Counted from the first letter of the stretch, positions 10,622 through 21,252 are shown. The stretch: DNA of 64,000 bases from Thermoanaerobaculia bacterium (GCA_963816185.1 CAWFJJ010000030.1:448001-512000); one strand, 5' to 3'. Translations and numbers: made by a program. The notes: a model not told the origin generated them from the sequence alone.

Positions 10622-11124
10622 GGCTTCTTCTGGAGTGTGAGCGCCTTGACCACTTCCCGGAATGGCTTCGGATTCGTCGGATCGTTCACGTTCTGTCGGA
10701 ACGTCACTTCCGTCGCCGATACGTCGATGACCTCGCCGTCGAAGAGCGTCGTCCCCTTGCGGACGAGGTGCGACTTGTTGTCCGGGCTGCGCATCATCGC
10801 GACCCAGCCCTGCTTGATCTTGATCGTGCCCTGCAGCTCGAGCTCGTCCACCATGACTCCCGCGAGACCCGGCGGGCGCACGCGGTCCCTCTCGGACGGG
10901 TTTCGCACGAGCAAGGAGCGGAAGGGATCGCGCCGGCCTCCGACCTCGTACGTATAGGTGGACGGGGTGAAGTCCTGCTCGGTGATCTTGCCGGTCGCGC
11001 CCGGGGCGGGCGTCACGGCCGGAGGAGCCGAGGTCGCCGGCGGGGCCTGAGCGAGCGAGGGCGCGCTCAAGGCCAGGAGGACGGCCGGCAGGGCGAGGGC
11101 GGCGAAGCTCGGGCGCGCGCTCAT
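10618..11124 (-). CDS. pilP: Type IV pilus assembly protein PilP
   Basis: ATG at 11124, signal peptide, YTYEVGGRRDPFRSLL, LELQGTI; between pilO and pilQ. Confidence 0.85.
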   Translation of the reverse strand: MSARPSFAALALPAVLLALSAPSLAQAPPATSAPPAVTPAPGATGKITEQDFTPSTYTYEVGGRRDPFRSLLVRNPSERDRVRPPGLAGVMVDELELQGTIKIKQGWVAMMRSPDNKSHLVRKGTTLFDGEVIDVSATEVTFRQNVNDPTNPKPFREVVKALTLQKKP

Positions 11125-11792
11125 TGTTCGATCCCCGTCTTTTTTCCGCCGGCGGGTCGAGGACCGGATTTCTTCGGTGCGGTACCGGCGGGCGCGGCGG
11201 ACGCGGCCGAGTCCGTGTCGCCGAGGTAGATGAACGTCTTCATCGTGAAGTTCGCTCCGAGCGTGCGGCCTCCGGCAGCGTCGGGATAGCCGACCATGAC
11301 GAGATCCTCGATGTTGATGATCCGGGAGAACCGCGCCACCTTCTCGAAGAACAGGGCGAGGTTGTGGTACGTCCCGTCGATCTGCAGGTCGATCGGCCAC
11401 TCCGCGTAGAAGTCCTTGTTGATGTATTCCTTCGGCGTCCACTTCTTGAGGAAGAACTCGCCCTGAGCGGCCAGCGCCTGGATCTTCTTGATGAGCTCCT
11501 CGGCGTTGCGGGCCGTCGGCAGGATCTGAAGGAGCCGCTGCAGGTCGAGCTCGGTCCGACGAACCTCCTCGCGCAGCTGGGGCAGGCGGCGCTCGGCGGC
11601 CCGGCCCTGCGTGATCTTCTGATTGAGCTGGTCGAGCTCGTTCTTCTTGTTCTCCAGCGTCTGCTTCATCTCGTTGAAGTTGGGCAGCTGGTAGTAGGCG
11701 GCCGCGTAAAGCGCGAGGGCGATCGCCAAGCCAATCCCGAGTCCGTAGTACCAGGGCTTGCCTTCGAGTTGCTTGAGGTCGAGCGTCGCCAT
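11121..11792 (-). CDS. pilO: Type IV pilus assembly protein PilO
   Basis: N-terminal TM, coiled coil, FYAEWPIDLQIDGTYHNLALFFEKVARFSRIINI. Confidence 0.92.
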   Translation of the reverse strand: MATLDLKQLEGKPWYYGLGIGLAIALALYAAAYYQLPNFNEMKQTLENKKNELDQLNQKITQGRAAERRLPQLREEVRRTELDLQRLLQILPTARNAEELIKKIQALAAQGEFFLKKWTPKEYINKDFYAEWPIDLQIDGTYHNLALFFEKVARFSRIINIEDLVMVGYPDAAGGRTLGANFTMKTFIYLGDTDSAASAAPAGTAPKKSGPRPAGGKKTGIEQ

Positions 11793-11800
11793 GGCTGCCC

Positions 11801-12457
11801 CTAGGCCTTCTTCCCGGCCGGTTTCGCGGACTCGGCCGGCTGCGGAGGCTCGGCCGGCTTCGCGGCGGCGCCGCTGTCGGGTTGCGTCCGGTCGATGTTC
11901 GAGAACCCGAAGTTCGTCTTGAAGCAGTAGAGCGACGAGCCGCCGGGCCCGCTGCAAGCCGTGAATTCCACCTTGGGCTCCTGGAAAGACGGAACGAGCT
12001 TGAGATTCGCGACGAAGTTCGCGACGGCCGGCGGATTGAAAGCCTTGCCGGTGATCGAGACCGCGTTCCCGTGGGATTCCATCCGCTCGAGCCAGACGAG
12101 GTCGGGCAGGGCTTTCGAGACCTCGTCCATGAGGCGCACGGGGCCCCGCTGGTTCTGCTTGAGCTGGTTGATGAGGTCGACCTTGCGCTGGACCCGGGCT
12201 TTCTTCGCCTCGTAGTCCTTCACTTCCTTGAGGACGGCCTCGAGGCGGGCGACTTCGACCTGCGCGATCCGGATCTTCTCTTCCTGGGCCTTGATCTGGG
12301 AACGGAGGACCCAGTAATGCACGATGCCGATGAGGATTGCGAGCCCGATCACGCCCCCCATGAGCAGCGTGTTGAGCCGTCCGGCGCCCCCGAGCGCCGA
12401 GACGCCCTTCTTCTTGCGCTGCGGCCGGGCCTCGGAGAGGAGGTTGATGCGAATCAT
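11801..12457 (-). CDS. pilN: Type IV pilus assembly protein PilN
   Basis: MIRINLL motif, TM, coiled coil, LPDLVWL. Confidence 0.93.
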   Translation of the reverse strand: MIRINLLSEARPQRKKKGVSALGGAGRLNTLLMGGVIGLAILIGIVHYWVLRSQIKAQEEKIRIAQVEVARLEAVLKEVKDYEAKKARVQRKVDLINQLKQNQRGPVRLMDEVSKALPDLVWLERMESHGNAVSITGKAFNPPAVANFVANLKLVPSFQEPKVEFTACSGPGGSSLYCFKTNFGFSNIDRTQPDSGAAAKPAEPPQPAESAKPAGKKA

Positions 12458-12461
12458 GCCG

Positions 12462-13517
12462 CTACTCCCCGATCTTTCTCACGCCGAGGCCGACGGCGAT
12501 CGCAAGCGCCGGCGACGCCTCGGAGAGCCACGCCGCGTCGACGGCGCGATCGTCCGTGAAGATCGACCGGAAGGGGTTGAGGACCTCGACAGGGAGACCG
12601 AACTTGTCCTTCAGAACGTCTTCCAGGTGCGCGGCCTTCGCGCCGCCGCCGGAAATCATGATCGAGTCCACGCGATCCGCGCCGGAGGTGGCCTGGAAGA
12701 AATCCAGCGTCTTCTGGAGCTCGGCGGCGGCGTCCTCGGCGACGCCCGTAAGGACGGGTTGGATCGTCTGGGCGGTCTGGCCAGCGACCGGCTCGCCCCG
12801 CTTCAGGGACTCGGCCTGCTCGAAGTTGAGCGAGTAAGCCTTCTGAAGCGCGTCCGTGAACTGGTTTCCGCCGAACGTGATGTCGCGCCAGAACACGGTC
12901 TGCCCCTGCGAGAGGATGTTCACGTTCATGACGGAGGCCCCGACGTTCACGAGCGCCACCACGCGGCCGGGGTCCGCCCCGTAGTTCACCTCGTAGCAGT
13001 TCTGGAGCGCGAAGGCGTCCACGTCGACGAGGGCGGGAGTGCGCCCGGCCTGCGTGACGACGTTCTTGAAGTCGTCCACCTTCTCTTTCTTGGCGGCCAC
13101 GAGGAGGACGCCCATCGTCTCGCCCACGGCGCCGGGGTCCAGGACGACGTAGTCCAGATAGACGTCGTTGATGTCGAACGGGACGTATTGCTCCGCTTCC
13201 CACCGGATGGATTCAGAGAGCTCCTCCTCCGGCATCGTGGGCAGCATGATTTTCTTGACGATGACCGAGTGGCCGGACACTGACACGGCCACGTTCGGGT
13301 TCTTCACGCCGGTCGACGAGAGGAGCCGCGAGATCGTCTCGACGACGAGGGAGGAGTCCATGATCGCGCCGTCGACGATCGCTTCGGGAGAAAGGACCTC
13401 GAGGCCCGCCTTGACGAGCTGGAAGGTCCCCTCCTTGCCTTCCTTCAGCTCGACGAGCTTGACGGCAGACGAGCCGATGTCGAGGCCGACCAGGTTTTTC
13501 GCCTTTCGGAACAGCAC
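12462..13517 (-). CDS. pilM: Type IV pilus assembly protein PilM
   Basis: VGLDIGSSAVKLVEL, WEAEQYVPF, DVDAFAL, ISGGGAK, AIAVGLG. Confidence 0.96.
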   Translation of the reverse strand: MLFRKAKNLVGLDIGSSAVKLVELKEGKEGTFQLVKAGLEVLSPEAIVDGAIMDSSLVVETISRLLSSTGVKNPNVAVSVSGHSVIVKKIMLPTMPEEELSESIRWEAEQYVPFDINDVYLDYVVLDPGAVGETMGVLLVAAKKEKVDDFKNVVTQAGRTPALVDVDAFALQNCYEVNYGADPGRVVALVNVGASVMNVNILSQGQTVFWRDITFGGNQFTDALQKAYSLNFEQAESLKRGEPVAGQTAQTIQPVLTGVAEDAAAELQKTLDFFQATSGADRVDSIMISGGGAKAAHLEDVLKDKFGLPVEVLNPFRSIFTDDRAVDAAWLSEASPALAIAVGLGVRKIGE

Positions 13518-13583
13518 GATAGGGTTGCCCTCCCTCGACCCGGTCCTCCGGGGGCGAGACGTGAAAAGGGATTGACTCGCCCT

Positions 13584-13612
13584 ATTTTGAAGTTCCCCCC
13601 GAGAGGTGTCAA
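13584..13612 (-). promoter_or_regulatory. Putative sigma70 promoter of the pilM operon
   Basis: Minus strand TTGACA (13612-13607), 17-bp spacer, CAAAAT (13589-13584) in an AT-rich intergenic region. Confidence 0.55.
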
Positions 13613-13802
13613 GTCGTTAGGCCCGCGAGATTTCCCTTGATCCTGTGCAACGTTTTTGGTATAAGTCCGCCCCATCCCGCCGGAGCGGACGCGAGCGTAC
13701 GGGCGAAGCTACGCGCGGCGCGCGACGAGCGGCACCCACGGCGCCGCTCCAAAAAACAGCACGGAAAATCGCCAAAGTCCAGGTCCTGAGCCGGGAAGAA
13801 AT

Positions 13803-16001
13803 TCAGCCGGCTTCGGCGTCCGAGTCGCGAAGCCTGCGCCGCACGTCCAGCACGCCCGGCAGGGCACGAAGGGAGACGAGCAGCCGCTCGAGATGGCGGC
13901 GATCCCGGGTGGTGACGCTCGCCTCGATCGAGGCGATGCCGTCTTGGCTCGTGCGGGCCTCGATCGATCTGATGTTGGAGTTTGCGGCCGAAAGCACCTG
14001 CGTGATGCGCGCGAGCATCCCCTGGCGGTCCTCCGTGCGGATCTCGAGGTCCACGGTCACCGAGGCATCCTTCGCCGTGGCCCACTCCACGGGGATCTCG
14101 CGGCTCGGGTCGAACAGGAGCGAGCGCACGTTAGGGCAGGTCGTCGCGTGTACGGACACCCCCCGCCCGCGCGTCACGTAGCCCACGATGTCGTCGCCGG
14201 GCACGGGCTGGCAGCACCTCGCGAGCGTCGCGAGCAAGTCGTTCTCGCCCTTCACGCGAATCCCCGCGGCAGCCCCGAAAGGCAGAACCCGCCGGACGGC
14301 GCTCGAGATCGCCGCGACTTTCGACGGAGGGGGCGGCAAGGCTCCGGCGGCGGCCGCCGTCTCGGGCAGCAGTTTCGCGACGAGCGCGCGCGACGCGACC
14401 TTGCCGGACCCGACGTCCGCGATGAGGTCCTCGACCTTCCCGGCGCCGAAGTCGGCGAGCAGCGGGTCGAAGGCCTTCGCTTCGAGGAGCCTCTGGAGGC
14501 TCTTCTTCCACTTTTTGAGCTCCCGCTCGAGAAGGCGGCGGCCGATCTCGACCGATTGCTCCTTCTCGGCGATGTGGATGAAGGTGCGGATCTTGTTGCG
14601 CGCGCGCGAGGTGACCGTGAACGACAGCCAGTCCCGCGATGGCTGGGAAGAGGGCGAGGTGAGAATTTCCACGATGTCGCCGTTCTCGAGCGGCGTCTTG
14701 AGCGGAACGAGACGCCCGTTCAAGCGCGCGCCGACGCAGTGGTGCCCGACGTCCGTGTGGATGCGGTACGCGAAGTCCACGGGCGTCGCGCCTCGGGGGA
14801 AGGCATAGACGGCCCCCTTCGGGCTGAACGTGTAGACGTCGTCCGGGTAGAGGTCGATCCTCAGCGAAGACAGGAATTCACGCGGGTCGGAGACGTCCTT
14901 CGTCGTCTCGAGGATCTGCCGGAGCACGCCGACGTGCTCCTCGTGCCGCGTGTCCGAGCGCACCGGCTTTCCTTCCTTGTATTTCCAGTGCGCCGCGATC
15001 CCGTTCTCCGCGACGAGGTCCATCTCGCGCGTGCGGATCTGCACCTCGAACGGCGGCGCGCCTTCGGGGACGAGCGTCGTGTGGAGCGACTGGTAGAAGT
15101 TCCGTTTCGGCATCGCGATGTAGTCCTTGATTCGGCCGGGCACGGGACGCCAGGCCTGATGGACGATCCCGAGAACCGTGTAGCAGTCGGGAATCGAGTC
15201 CACGAGGACTCGGAACGCGAGGACGTCGTAAAGCTGCTCGAGCGGAATGGCCTGCCGGATGAGCTTCTGGCGGATCGACCAGTAGCGCTTCACGCGCCCC
15301 GTGATCTCGGCTTCGATGCCCATTCCTTTCGTCTTCGCGACGAGCTCCTGGCGGATCTTCTCGACGTTCGCCGCCGAGGCCGCCATCCGCTCGTCCACGG
15401 CGGCGCGGAGGGCGGCGAACTCCTCCGGGTGAAGAAAATGGAACGAGAGATCCTCGAGCTCGCCTTTCATCTTGCCCATGCCGAGCCGGTTCGCGAGCGG
15501 TGCGTAAATCTCCATCGTCTCGGAGGCCGTCGCCCGCTGCTTCGTCTCGGGAAGGTGCTCGAGCGTCCGCATGTTGTGGAGTCGGTCCGCGAGCTTGACG
15601 AGGATGACCCTGAGGTCGTCCGTCATCGCGAGAAGCATCTTGCGGAAGGTCTCCGCCTGCTGGGCCTCCCGCGACGTGAAGGCGTACCGGCCGATCTTCG
15701 TCACGCCGTCGACGAGGTGGGCCACATCGGGCCCGAAGAGCTCCGAGAGACGCTCCTTCGTGAGCGACGTGTCCTCGAGGACGTCGTGGAGAAGCCCGGC
15801 GGCGATCGAGGCGTCGTCGAGCTTCATCTCGGCGAGCGTCATGGCGACGGCGAGCGGATGGACGAGGTAGGGCTCGCCCGAGGAGCGGAGCTGGTTGCGG
15901 TGCCCGTGCGCCGAGACGACGTACGCCCGGCGCAGCAGGTCCTCGTCCAGGCCCGGGTGATAGGACTCGACTTTCTCGAGAATATCCTCGAAGCGCAGCA
16001 C
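13803..16001 (-). CDS. relA: Bifunctional (p)ppGpp synthetase/hydrolase RelA/SpoT
   Basis: SGEPYLVHP, LLHDVLED (HD), KLADRLHNMRTL, YQSLHTT, TGS (GATPVDFAY), ARCCQPVPGD, ACT; start taken at GTG 16001. Confidence 0.96.
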   Translation of the reverse strand: MLRFEDILEKVESYHPGLDEDLLRRAYVVSAHGHRNQLRSSGEPYLVHPLAVAMTLAEMKLDDASIAAGLLHDVLEDTSLTKERLSELFGPDVAHLVDGVTKIGRYAFTSREAQQAETFRKMLLAMTDDLRVILVKLADRLHNMRTLEHLPETKQRATASETMEIYAPLANRLGMGKMKGELEDLSFHFLHPEEFAALRAAVDERMAASAANVEKIRQELVAKTKGMGIEAEITGRVKRYWSIRQKLIRQAIPLEQLYDVLAFRVLVDSIPDCYTVLGIVHQAWRPVPGRIKDYIAMPKRNFYQSLHTTLVPEGAPPFEVQIRTREMDLVAENGIAAHWKYKEGKPVRSDTRHEEHVGVLRQILETTKDVSDPREFLSSLRIDLYPDDVYTFSPKGAVYAFPRGATPVDFAYRIHTDVGHHCVGARLNGRLVPLKTPLENGDIVEILTSPSSQPSRDWLSFTVTSRARNKIRTFIHIAEKEQSVEIGRRLLERELKKWKKSLQRLLEAKAFDPLLADFGAGKVEDLIADVGSGKVASRALVAKLLPETAAAAGALPPPPSKVAAISSAVRRVLPFGAAAGIRVKGENDLLATLARCCQPVPGDDIVGYVTRGRGVSVHATTCPNVRSLLFDPSREIPVEWATAKDASVTVDLEIRTEDRQGMLARITQVLSAANSNIRSIEARTSQDGIASIEASVTTRDRRHLERLLVSLRALPGVLDVRRRLRDSDAEAG

Positions 16002-16062
16002 GACCCCATTATCGGGCCGAGCGACCTTTCCGGTTAATCTCCGCGCCATCGAGGGAGCCCCG

Positions 16063-16722
16063 ATGGACCTCGTCAAGCAGCTCGTGGACGTCTTCCTGCA
16101 TCTCGACACGCACCTGGCCGAGGTGGTCCACGACTACGGGACGTTCACGAACGTCATCCTCTTCGGCATCATCTTCTGCGAAACCGGCCTCGTCGTGACG
16201 CCGTTCCTGCCCGGGGACTCGCTTCTCTTCACGGCCGGGGCGCTCGCTTCGCTCGGGACTCTGAACGTCTGGCTGTTGTTCCTCGTTCTTTCGTTCGCGG
16301 CGGTCCTCGGCGATACGGTGAACTACTGGATCGGAAAGCGGATCGGCCTGCGTGCGTTCGACGGCAGCGTGAAGTTCCTGAAGCAGGAGCACCTCCGGAA
16401 GACGGAGGAGTTCTACGAGAAGTACGGCCGGAAGACGATCATCCTCGCACGGTTCGTCCCGATCGTCCGGACGTTCGCGCCTTTCGTGGCGGGCGTCGGC
16501 TCGATGCGATACGGCGTCTTCCTGGCGTACAACGTGATCGGAGGCACGCTCTGGGTCGGGGCCGGCATTTTCTCGGGCTTCTTCTTCGGCAACATCCCGG
16601 TCGTCAAGAAGAACTTCTCCCTCGTCATCCTCGCGATCATCGCCGTCTCGATGCTGCCGCTCCTGTGGGAGACCTGGAGGGCGCGAAAGATCCGGCGCAG
16701 GCTCGGAGACGGGGCGACGTGA
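16063..16722 (+). CDS. dedA: DedA family membrane protein
   Basis: FCETGLVVTPFLPGDSLLF, GDTVNYWIG, ARFVPIVRTFAPFVAG. Confidence 0.93.
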   Translation: MDLVKQLVDVFLHLDTHLAEVVHDYGTFTNVILFGIIFCETGLVVTPFLPGDSLLFTAGALASLGTLNVWLLFLVLSFAAVLGDTVNYWIGKRIGLRAFDGSVKFLKQEHLRKTEEFYEKYGRKTIILARFVPIVRTFAPFVAGVGSMRYGVFLAYNVIGGTLWVGAGIFSGFFFGNIPVVKKNFSLVILAIIAVSMLPLLWETWRARKIRRRLGDGAT

Positions 16723-17966
16723 ACAGCCCTTCCCGCCGAAACCGGTGGCTGTCCTCCACGGCGCTCATCTTCTACGCTCTGATCCTCGGCGTCGCCCTCG
16801 GGCACCTCCTACCGGCCGAGACGTACCCACGGGCCTACGAGACGTTTCGGTTCCTGTCGAAGGCCTTCATCAGCCTCATCAAGATGCTCGTCGTCCCGCT
16901 CATCTTCGCGACGATCGTCCTCGGCATCGGAAGGACGGGCGACGTGAAGGCCGTCGGGCGCATGGGGGTGAAGGCGCTCATCTATTTCGAGGCCGCGACC
17001 ACGGTCGCCCTTCTGATCGGCCTCGCCTTCGCGAACCTCGTGAAGCCGGGCCTCGACCTCACGCTCCCGTCCACGGGCGAAACGGGCCTCGCGAAGCCGC
17101 AGACGCTCGTCGAGTCGCTGCTCCACCTCTTCCCGTCGAACGTGATCGACGCGATGGCCCGGCAGGACATCCTCCAGGTCGTCATTTTCGCGACTCTCCT
17201 CGGGATCGCGGCCGCGCACGTCGGAGACCGCGCGAAGCCGTTCGTGGACTTCTTCGAGTCCGCGGTGGCGGTGCTCTTCAAACTCACGGACTACGTCATG
17301 GCGCTCACACCCCTCGGCGTGTTCGGGGCCATGGCGGGCGCCGTCTCGCATCACGGCATCAGGGTTCTCAACAGCTACGCGAAGCTCGTCGGTTCGCTTT
17401 ACGCGGCCCTCGTCGTCTTCGCGCTGATCGTCCTCGTCCCGGCGCTGAAGCTCGCACGCGTGTCCGTGAAACGGTTCTTCGGGAAGATCCGTGAGCCCTT
17501 CCTCATCGCATTCTCGACGGCCTCGTCCGAGGCCGCCCTCCCCCGCGCCCTCGAGCGCATCGTGGAGTTCGGCGTCCCGAAGAGCGTGGCCGGCTTCGTC
17601 CTCCCCGCGGGATACAGCTTCAACCTGGACGGCTCGACGCTGTACATCGTCCTCGCGACGCTCACGATCGCGCAGGCCGCGGGCCGGCATCTCTCGATAC
17701 TCGAACAGGTCTCCATGTGCCTCGTCCTGATGCTCACGACGAAGGGCGTCGCGGCCGTGCCGCGGGCGGCCCTCGTCATCATCGCGGCGGGTTGCGCATC
17801 GTTCAACCTGCCGGGCGAGGCGGGCGTCGCCATGATCCTCGCCGTGGACGAGCTGATGGACATGGGCCGCACGTCCATCAACGTGGCCGGCAACTGCGTC
17901 GCCGCGGTCGTCGTCGCGAGATGGGAGGGCGTCCTCGGAGAAGAGGCGGCTTCACTCGAGCGGTGA
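16719..17966 (+). CDS. Dicarboxylate/amino acid:cation symporter (GltP/DctA family)
   Basis: FISLIKMLVVP, AFSTASSEAALP, GYSFNLDGS, MDMGRTSINV. Confidence 0.93.
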   Translation: MNSPSRRNRWLSSTALIFYALILGVALGHLLPAETYPRAYETFRFLSKAFISLIKMLVVPLIFATIVLGIGRTGDVKAVGRMGVKALIYFEAATTVALLIGLAFANLVKPGLDLTLPSTGETGLAKPQTLVESLLHLFPSNVIDAMARQDILQVVIFATLLGIAAAHVGDRAKPFVDFFESAVAVLFKLTDYVMALTPLGVFGAMAGAVSHHGIRVLNSYAKLVGSLYAALVVFALIVLVPALKLARVSVKRFFGKIREPFLIAFSTASSEAALPRALERIVEFGVPKSVAGFVLPAGYSFNLDGSTLYIVLATLTIAQAAGRHLSILEQVSMCLVLMLTTKGVAAVPRAALVIIAAGCASFNLPGEAGVAMILAVDELMDMGRTSINVAGNCVAAVVVARWEGVLGEEAASLER

Positions 17967-18023
17967 AGGGGGGAGGAAGGTTTTGACCGCGCAGCGGCCC
18001 GCGGGCTGATATGTTCGGGCGAA

Positions 18024-19244
18024 ATGAGCGACTTCTTCCAGGCCGGCTCGATCACCACGCTGACGCGGCTCGGAAACCGGCCGACCCGAGAGCTCGACGA
18101 GGCCATCGCGCGGAAGACGCGTCGTGAGAGCGCCGCGCTCCTCATCCCCTGTCTCGTCAGCGAGCTCGAGCGCCCCGCGCTCGCGCGCATCTGCGACGAG
18201 GTGTCCCAGCTCTCCTACCTCGACACCGTCGTGATTTCGCTCGACCGCGCAGACGAAGCGGGATACCGAGGCGCCCTGGAGTACTTCAAGAGGATGAAGG
18301 TCCGCACCGTCGTCCTCTGGAACGACGGCCCCGGTGTGACCGCCCTCCTCGCGAAGCTGGAGGCGAGCGACCTCAAGCTCGGGGAGCGCGGCAAGGGCAG
18401 GGCCTGCTGGATGGCGTTCGGATACCTGCTGGCGCTCGGCCACATCGAGCACATCGCGCTCCATGACGCCGACGTCATCGATTACGACCGGGCCGCGCTC
18501 TCGAGGCTTCTCTACCCGGTGGTCAACCCGATCTACAACTTCGACTTTTGCAAGGGCTACTACGCGCGCTTCACCGACCGCCTCAACGGACGCGTCGTAC
18601 GCCTCTTCGTCTGGCCGCTCCTTTCGGCGCTGCAGGCGCTGTTGGGATCGCATCCTTATCTCGAATTCCTGTCGTCTTTCCGCTATCCGCTCGCCGGCGA
18701 GTTCGCGCTGTCGGCGGACCTCGCGCGCCAGATCCGCGTGCCGGCGGACTGGGGGCTCGAGATCGGAGTCCTCTCGGAAGTGTTCCGGCACAGCTCGCCG
18801 CGGCGCGTCTGCCAGATCGACCTTGCCGACCAGTACGACCACAAGCACCAGGCCCTTTCGCCCGACGACCCGAACAGCGGTCTCCACCGCATGGCCTGCG
18901 ACATCGCCAAGCACCTGCTTCGCACGCTCGCCGCGGCGGACGTCGTTCTGTCCGAGGGCGCTCTCAAGTCCCTCCTGGCCTCGTACCAGCGGCGCGCCGA
19001 GGACGCGCTGAACGACTATTACTCTCTCTCGCGCTTCAACGGGCTCGTCTTCCAGCGCCACGAGGAGGAGTCGGCCGTGGCGACCTTCGCGAAGGCGCTC
19101 AAGGCCGGCGTCGAGCAGTTCCATCTCGACCCGCTCGGTGTTCCGCTCATTCCGAACTGGGCCCGCGTTCTCGCCGCCATCCCGGATGCGGGAGATCAGC
19201 TCCTGGAAGCGATCGCGACCGAGGGCGGCGTCCTCAAGCCCTGA
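18024..19244 (+). CDS. gpgS: Glucosyl-3-phosphoglycerate synthase-like glycosyltransferase
   Basis: MSDFFQ start, GKGRACW, HDAD, KGYYAR, GRVVRL, YPLAGEF, WGLEIG, YDHKHQ motifs. Confidence 0.75.
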   Translation: MSDFFQAGSITTLTRLGNRPTRELDEAIARKTRRESAALLIPCLVSELERPALARICDEVSQLSYLDTVVISLDRADEAGYRGALEYFKRMKVRTVVLWNDGPGVTALLAKLEASDLKLGERGKGRACWMAFGYLLALGHIEHIALHDADVIDYDRAALSRLLYPVVNPIYNFDFCKGYYARFTDRLNGRVVRLFVWPLLSALQALLGSHPYLEFLSSFRYPLAGEFALSADLARQIRVPADWGLEIGVLSEVFRHSSPRRVCQIDLADQYDHKHQALSPDDPNSGLHRMACDIAKHLLRTLAAADVVLSEGALKSLLASYQRRAEDALNDYYSLSRFNGLVFQRHEEESAVATFAKALKAGVEQFHLDPLGVPLIPNWARVLAAIPDAGDQLLEAIATEGGVLKP

Positions 19245-19267
19245 GGAGCTTCTCCCCGTGCCATTCG

Positions 19268-19948
19268 TCAGACGTGGTGGATGCCGCTGTCCTCCTCCTC
19301 CGCGCGCAGGCGCTTCTCGAGGTAGCCCTTCGCGAGGTCGCGCGCGCCGAGACCGAAGGCGAGGGCGAGCGCGAGGACGAAGCCGCCCGCGACGATCGAG
19401 AAAGCCGCCACGAGGATCGACCGTGCCACGCCGAGGTTGTCGAGGGCCATGGCCACGAAAAATACGAGGACGGCGGCGTGCACGAGGCGCGAGCCCTGGC
19501 GCGCCCACGGCAGACCGGAGTTCACGGCCGCCAGGAGAACGCTCCGGCGCGCCAGCGCGGCCAGACCGAACCCGAGGAGGACGATGAGCGCCGACGTCAG
19601 GAGCCGCGGCAGGAACGCGACCATGTCCGCGAGAACGTTCCTCAGGGCCCCCGGCTCGAGTGCGTTCACGCCCACGGCGAGCGCGACGAGGACCGCCGCC
19701 CAGAACGAGATGCCGGCCGCCAGCGAGGAGGGCGCCGTCTTCAACCCGGCGGCACGCAGGAGCGGGCTGGAATCGCCCCCACGCGCCATCCGGAAGACGA
19801 GGTTCAGGGCGAGCCGGATGAGGACCCCGACGATGAGCCCGACGAGAAGGGCCCCCACGAGGACCACGAACGCGGGAATGACCGAGAGAAACGCCTCCCC
19901 CAGCCTCAGAAACGCGTCGCCGATCTGCCTCCCGAGGTTCTCGAGCAT
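19268..19948 (-). CDS. Conserved TM-helix repeat protein (MscS-associated/CmpX-like)
   Basis: Multiple TM helices, FLPRLL, ALALAFGLGARDLA C-terminal motif; no MscS cytoplasmic domain. Confidence 0.7.
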   Translation of the reverse strand: MLENLGRQIGDAFLRLGEAFLSVIPAFVVLVGALLVGLIVGVLIRLALNLVFRMARGGDSSPLLRAAGLKTAPSSLAAGISFWAAVLVALAVGVNALEPGALRNVLADMVAFLPRLLTSALIVLLGFGLAALARRSVLLAAVNSGLPWARQGSRLVHAAVLVFFVAMALDNLGVARSILVAAFSIVAGGFVLALALAFGLGARDLAKGYLEKRLRAEEEDSGIHHV

Positions 19949-19961
19949 CACGGACCTCCTT

Positions 19962-21251
19962 TCAGGGGTTCGTCGCGTCCTTTCCGCTGTCCCAGGCCAG
20001 GACGATAGACGTTTTTTCGCTCTCGTAGACGCGCGCCAGCGTCTCGAGCCGCGCTTCGGCCTCCGCGGCCTCCGCCTCACGCGTCTCTTCCACGAACGTC
20101 GCGACTTTGCCGAGGTAGAGGGGGATCAGAGAGCGGATGAGCGTTTCTCTCGGCAGACTCTTCCGCTTGTACCCGGCCGCCGCGCCGTAGACGATCCGCA
20201 CGAACAGCTCGTCCGAAAGCGAAGGGGGAGCGCCCGCCGCCGCCTCCTGGATACCCCGCAGCACGTCCTCCGGCAGGAAGCTCTTCCAGACCGTCTCCAG
20301 CTCGGCCGCGCCCTGCCGGAATAGGGAAACCAGCCTTTCGATCTTGACGGGCACCGGCTCCAATCCGACCGCGTACGGCAGGCCGAACACACGGACGTCC
20401 TGGGAGCCTTTGATCCCCTTCCAGGCGTCCGCGTAACGGCCCATCAGATCGAAAAGGGTCGAGACGACCTGGACGAGCATGTCCTGAAGGTCGGCCCCCG
20501 GGTCCTTCGGATCGTGGAGCTTGGCGCCGAGGAAGGACTGACACACCCGGTGGCTCTCGGCGAGCGCCGTCGTCGTCATGAAGATGTCGATGCCGTATCT
20601 CGCGACGGGACCTTCCCAGCCCTCGTATTCCAGAAACCGCTTCGCGAGGCGGCCCGAGAAGCCGAAGTCTCCGCCGATGGGCTGTCTGACCCGGTGCCCG
20701 TAGAGCGCACGGGTGAGCGGATACACGATCGTGTTCGTGATCGTGCCGTCGTACCGGTGGCGCGCGTACAGGGGCGCGACGAACTCGTAGCCGTGGTCGA
20801 GAACCGGGCTCAGGAGCAGCTCGACCCATTCCGGCGTGATGCTGCGCAGGTCGCTGTCGACCACGCAGCACGCGGAAGCCTCCAGCTCGGCGGCGATGCG
20901 GAAGATCGTGCGGAGCGCGCTCCCCTTCCCCGGCAGCCCGGAGTACGGCGTGACGATGCGCGAAAGGGGCGAGGACGGGACCGCGTCCACCAGAATCTCC
21001 GTGAGGTCGCCGAGCTCCGTCTTCACCACGACGTCGCGCGTCCCATCGGTCGAGCCGCCGTCGCTGTTCACGAGAACCGTCTTCGCCTCCGGGAAATGGC
21101 GGGCGAGGCCCGCCGCGACGGCTCGCACGACGTGTCCGATCGTTCGGGCGTTGTTGAACGACGGGATCCCGACCAGGAGATCGACGCGGCCCAGCGTCTT
21201 GAGCCGGGTCATCACGCCGGCGTCGAGCTCAGGCGTTGCGATCAGCGCCAT
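19962..21251 (-). CDS. GT2 glycosyltransferase, glucosylglycerate/mannosylglycerate synthase-like
   Basis: VGIPSFNN, NSDGGSTDGT, PGKGSA, VDSDLRSI, YARHRYDGTITN, RQPIGGDFGFS, YGIDI, KLHDPKDP. Confidence 0.75.
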   Translation of the reverse strand: MALIATPELDAGVMTRLKTLGRVDLLVGIPSFNNARTIGHVVRAVAAGLARHFPEAKTVLVNSDGGSTDGTRDVVVKTELGDLTEILVDAVPSSPLSRIVTPYSGLPGKGSALRTIFRIAAELEASACCVVDSDLRSITPEWVELLLSPVLDHGYEFVAPLYARHRYDGTITNTIVYPLTRALYGHRVRQPIGGDFGFSGRLAKRFLEYEGWEGPVARYGIDIFMTTTALAESHRVCQSFLGAKLHDPKDPGADLQDMLVQVVSTLFDLMGRYADAWKGIKGSQDVRVFGLPYAVGLEPVPVKIERLVSLFRQGAAELETVWKSFLPEDVLRGIQEAAAGAPPSLSDELFVRIVYGAAAGYKRKSLPRETLIRSLIPLYLGKVATFVEETREAEAAEAEARLETLARVYESEKTSIVLAWDSGKDATNP

Positions 21252-21252
21252 C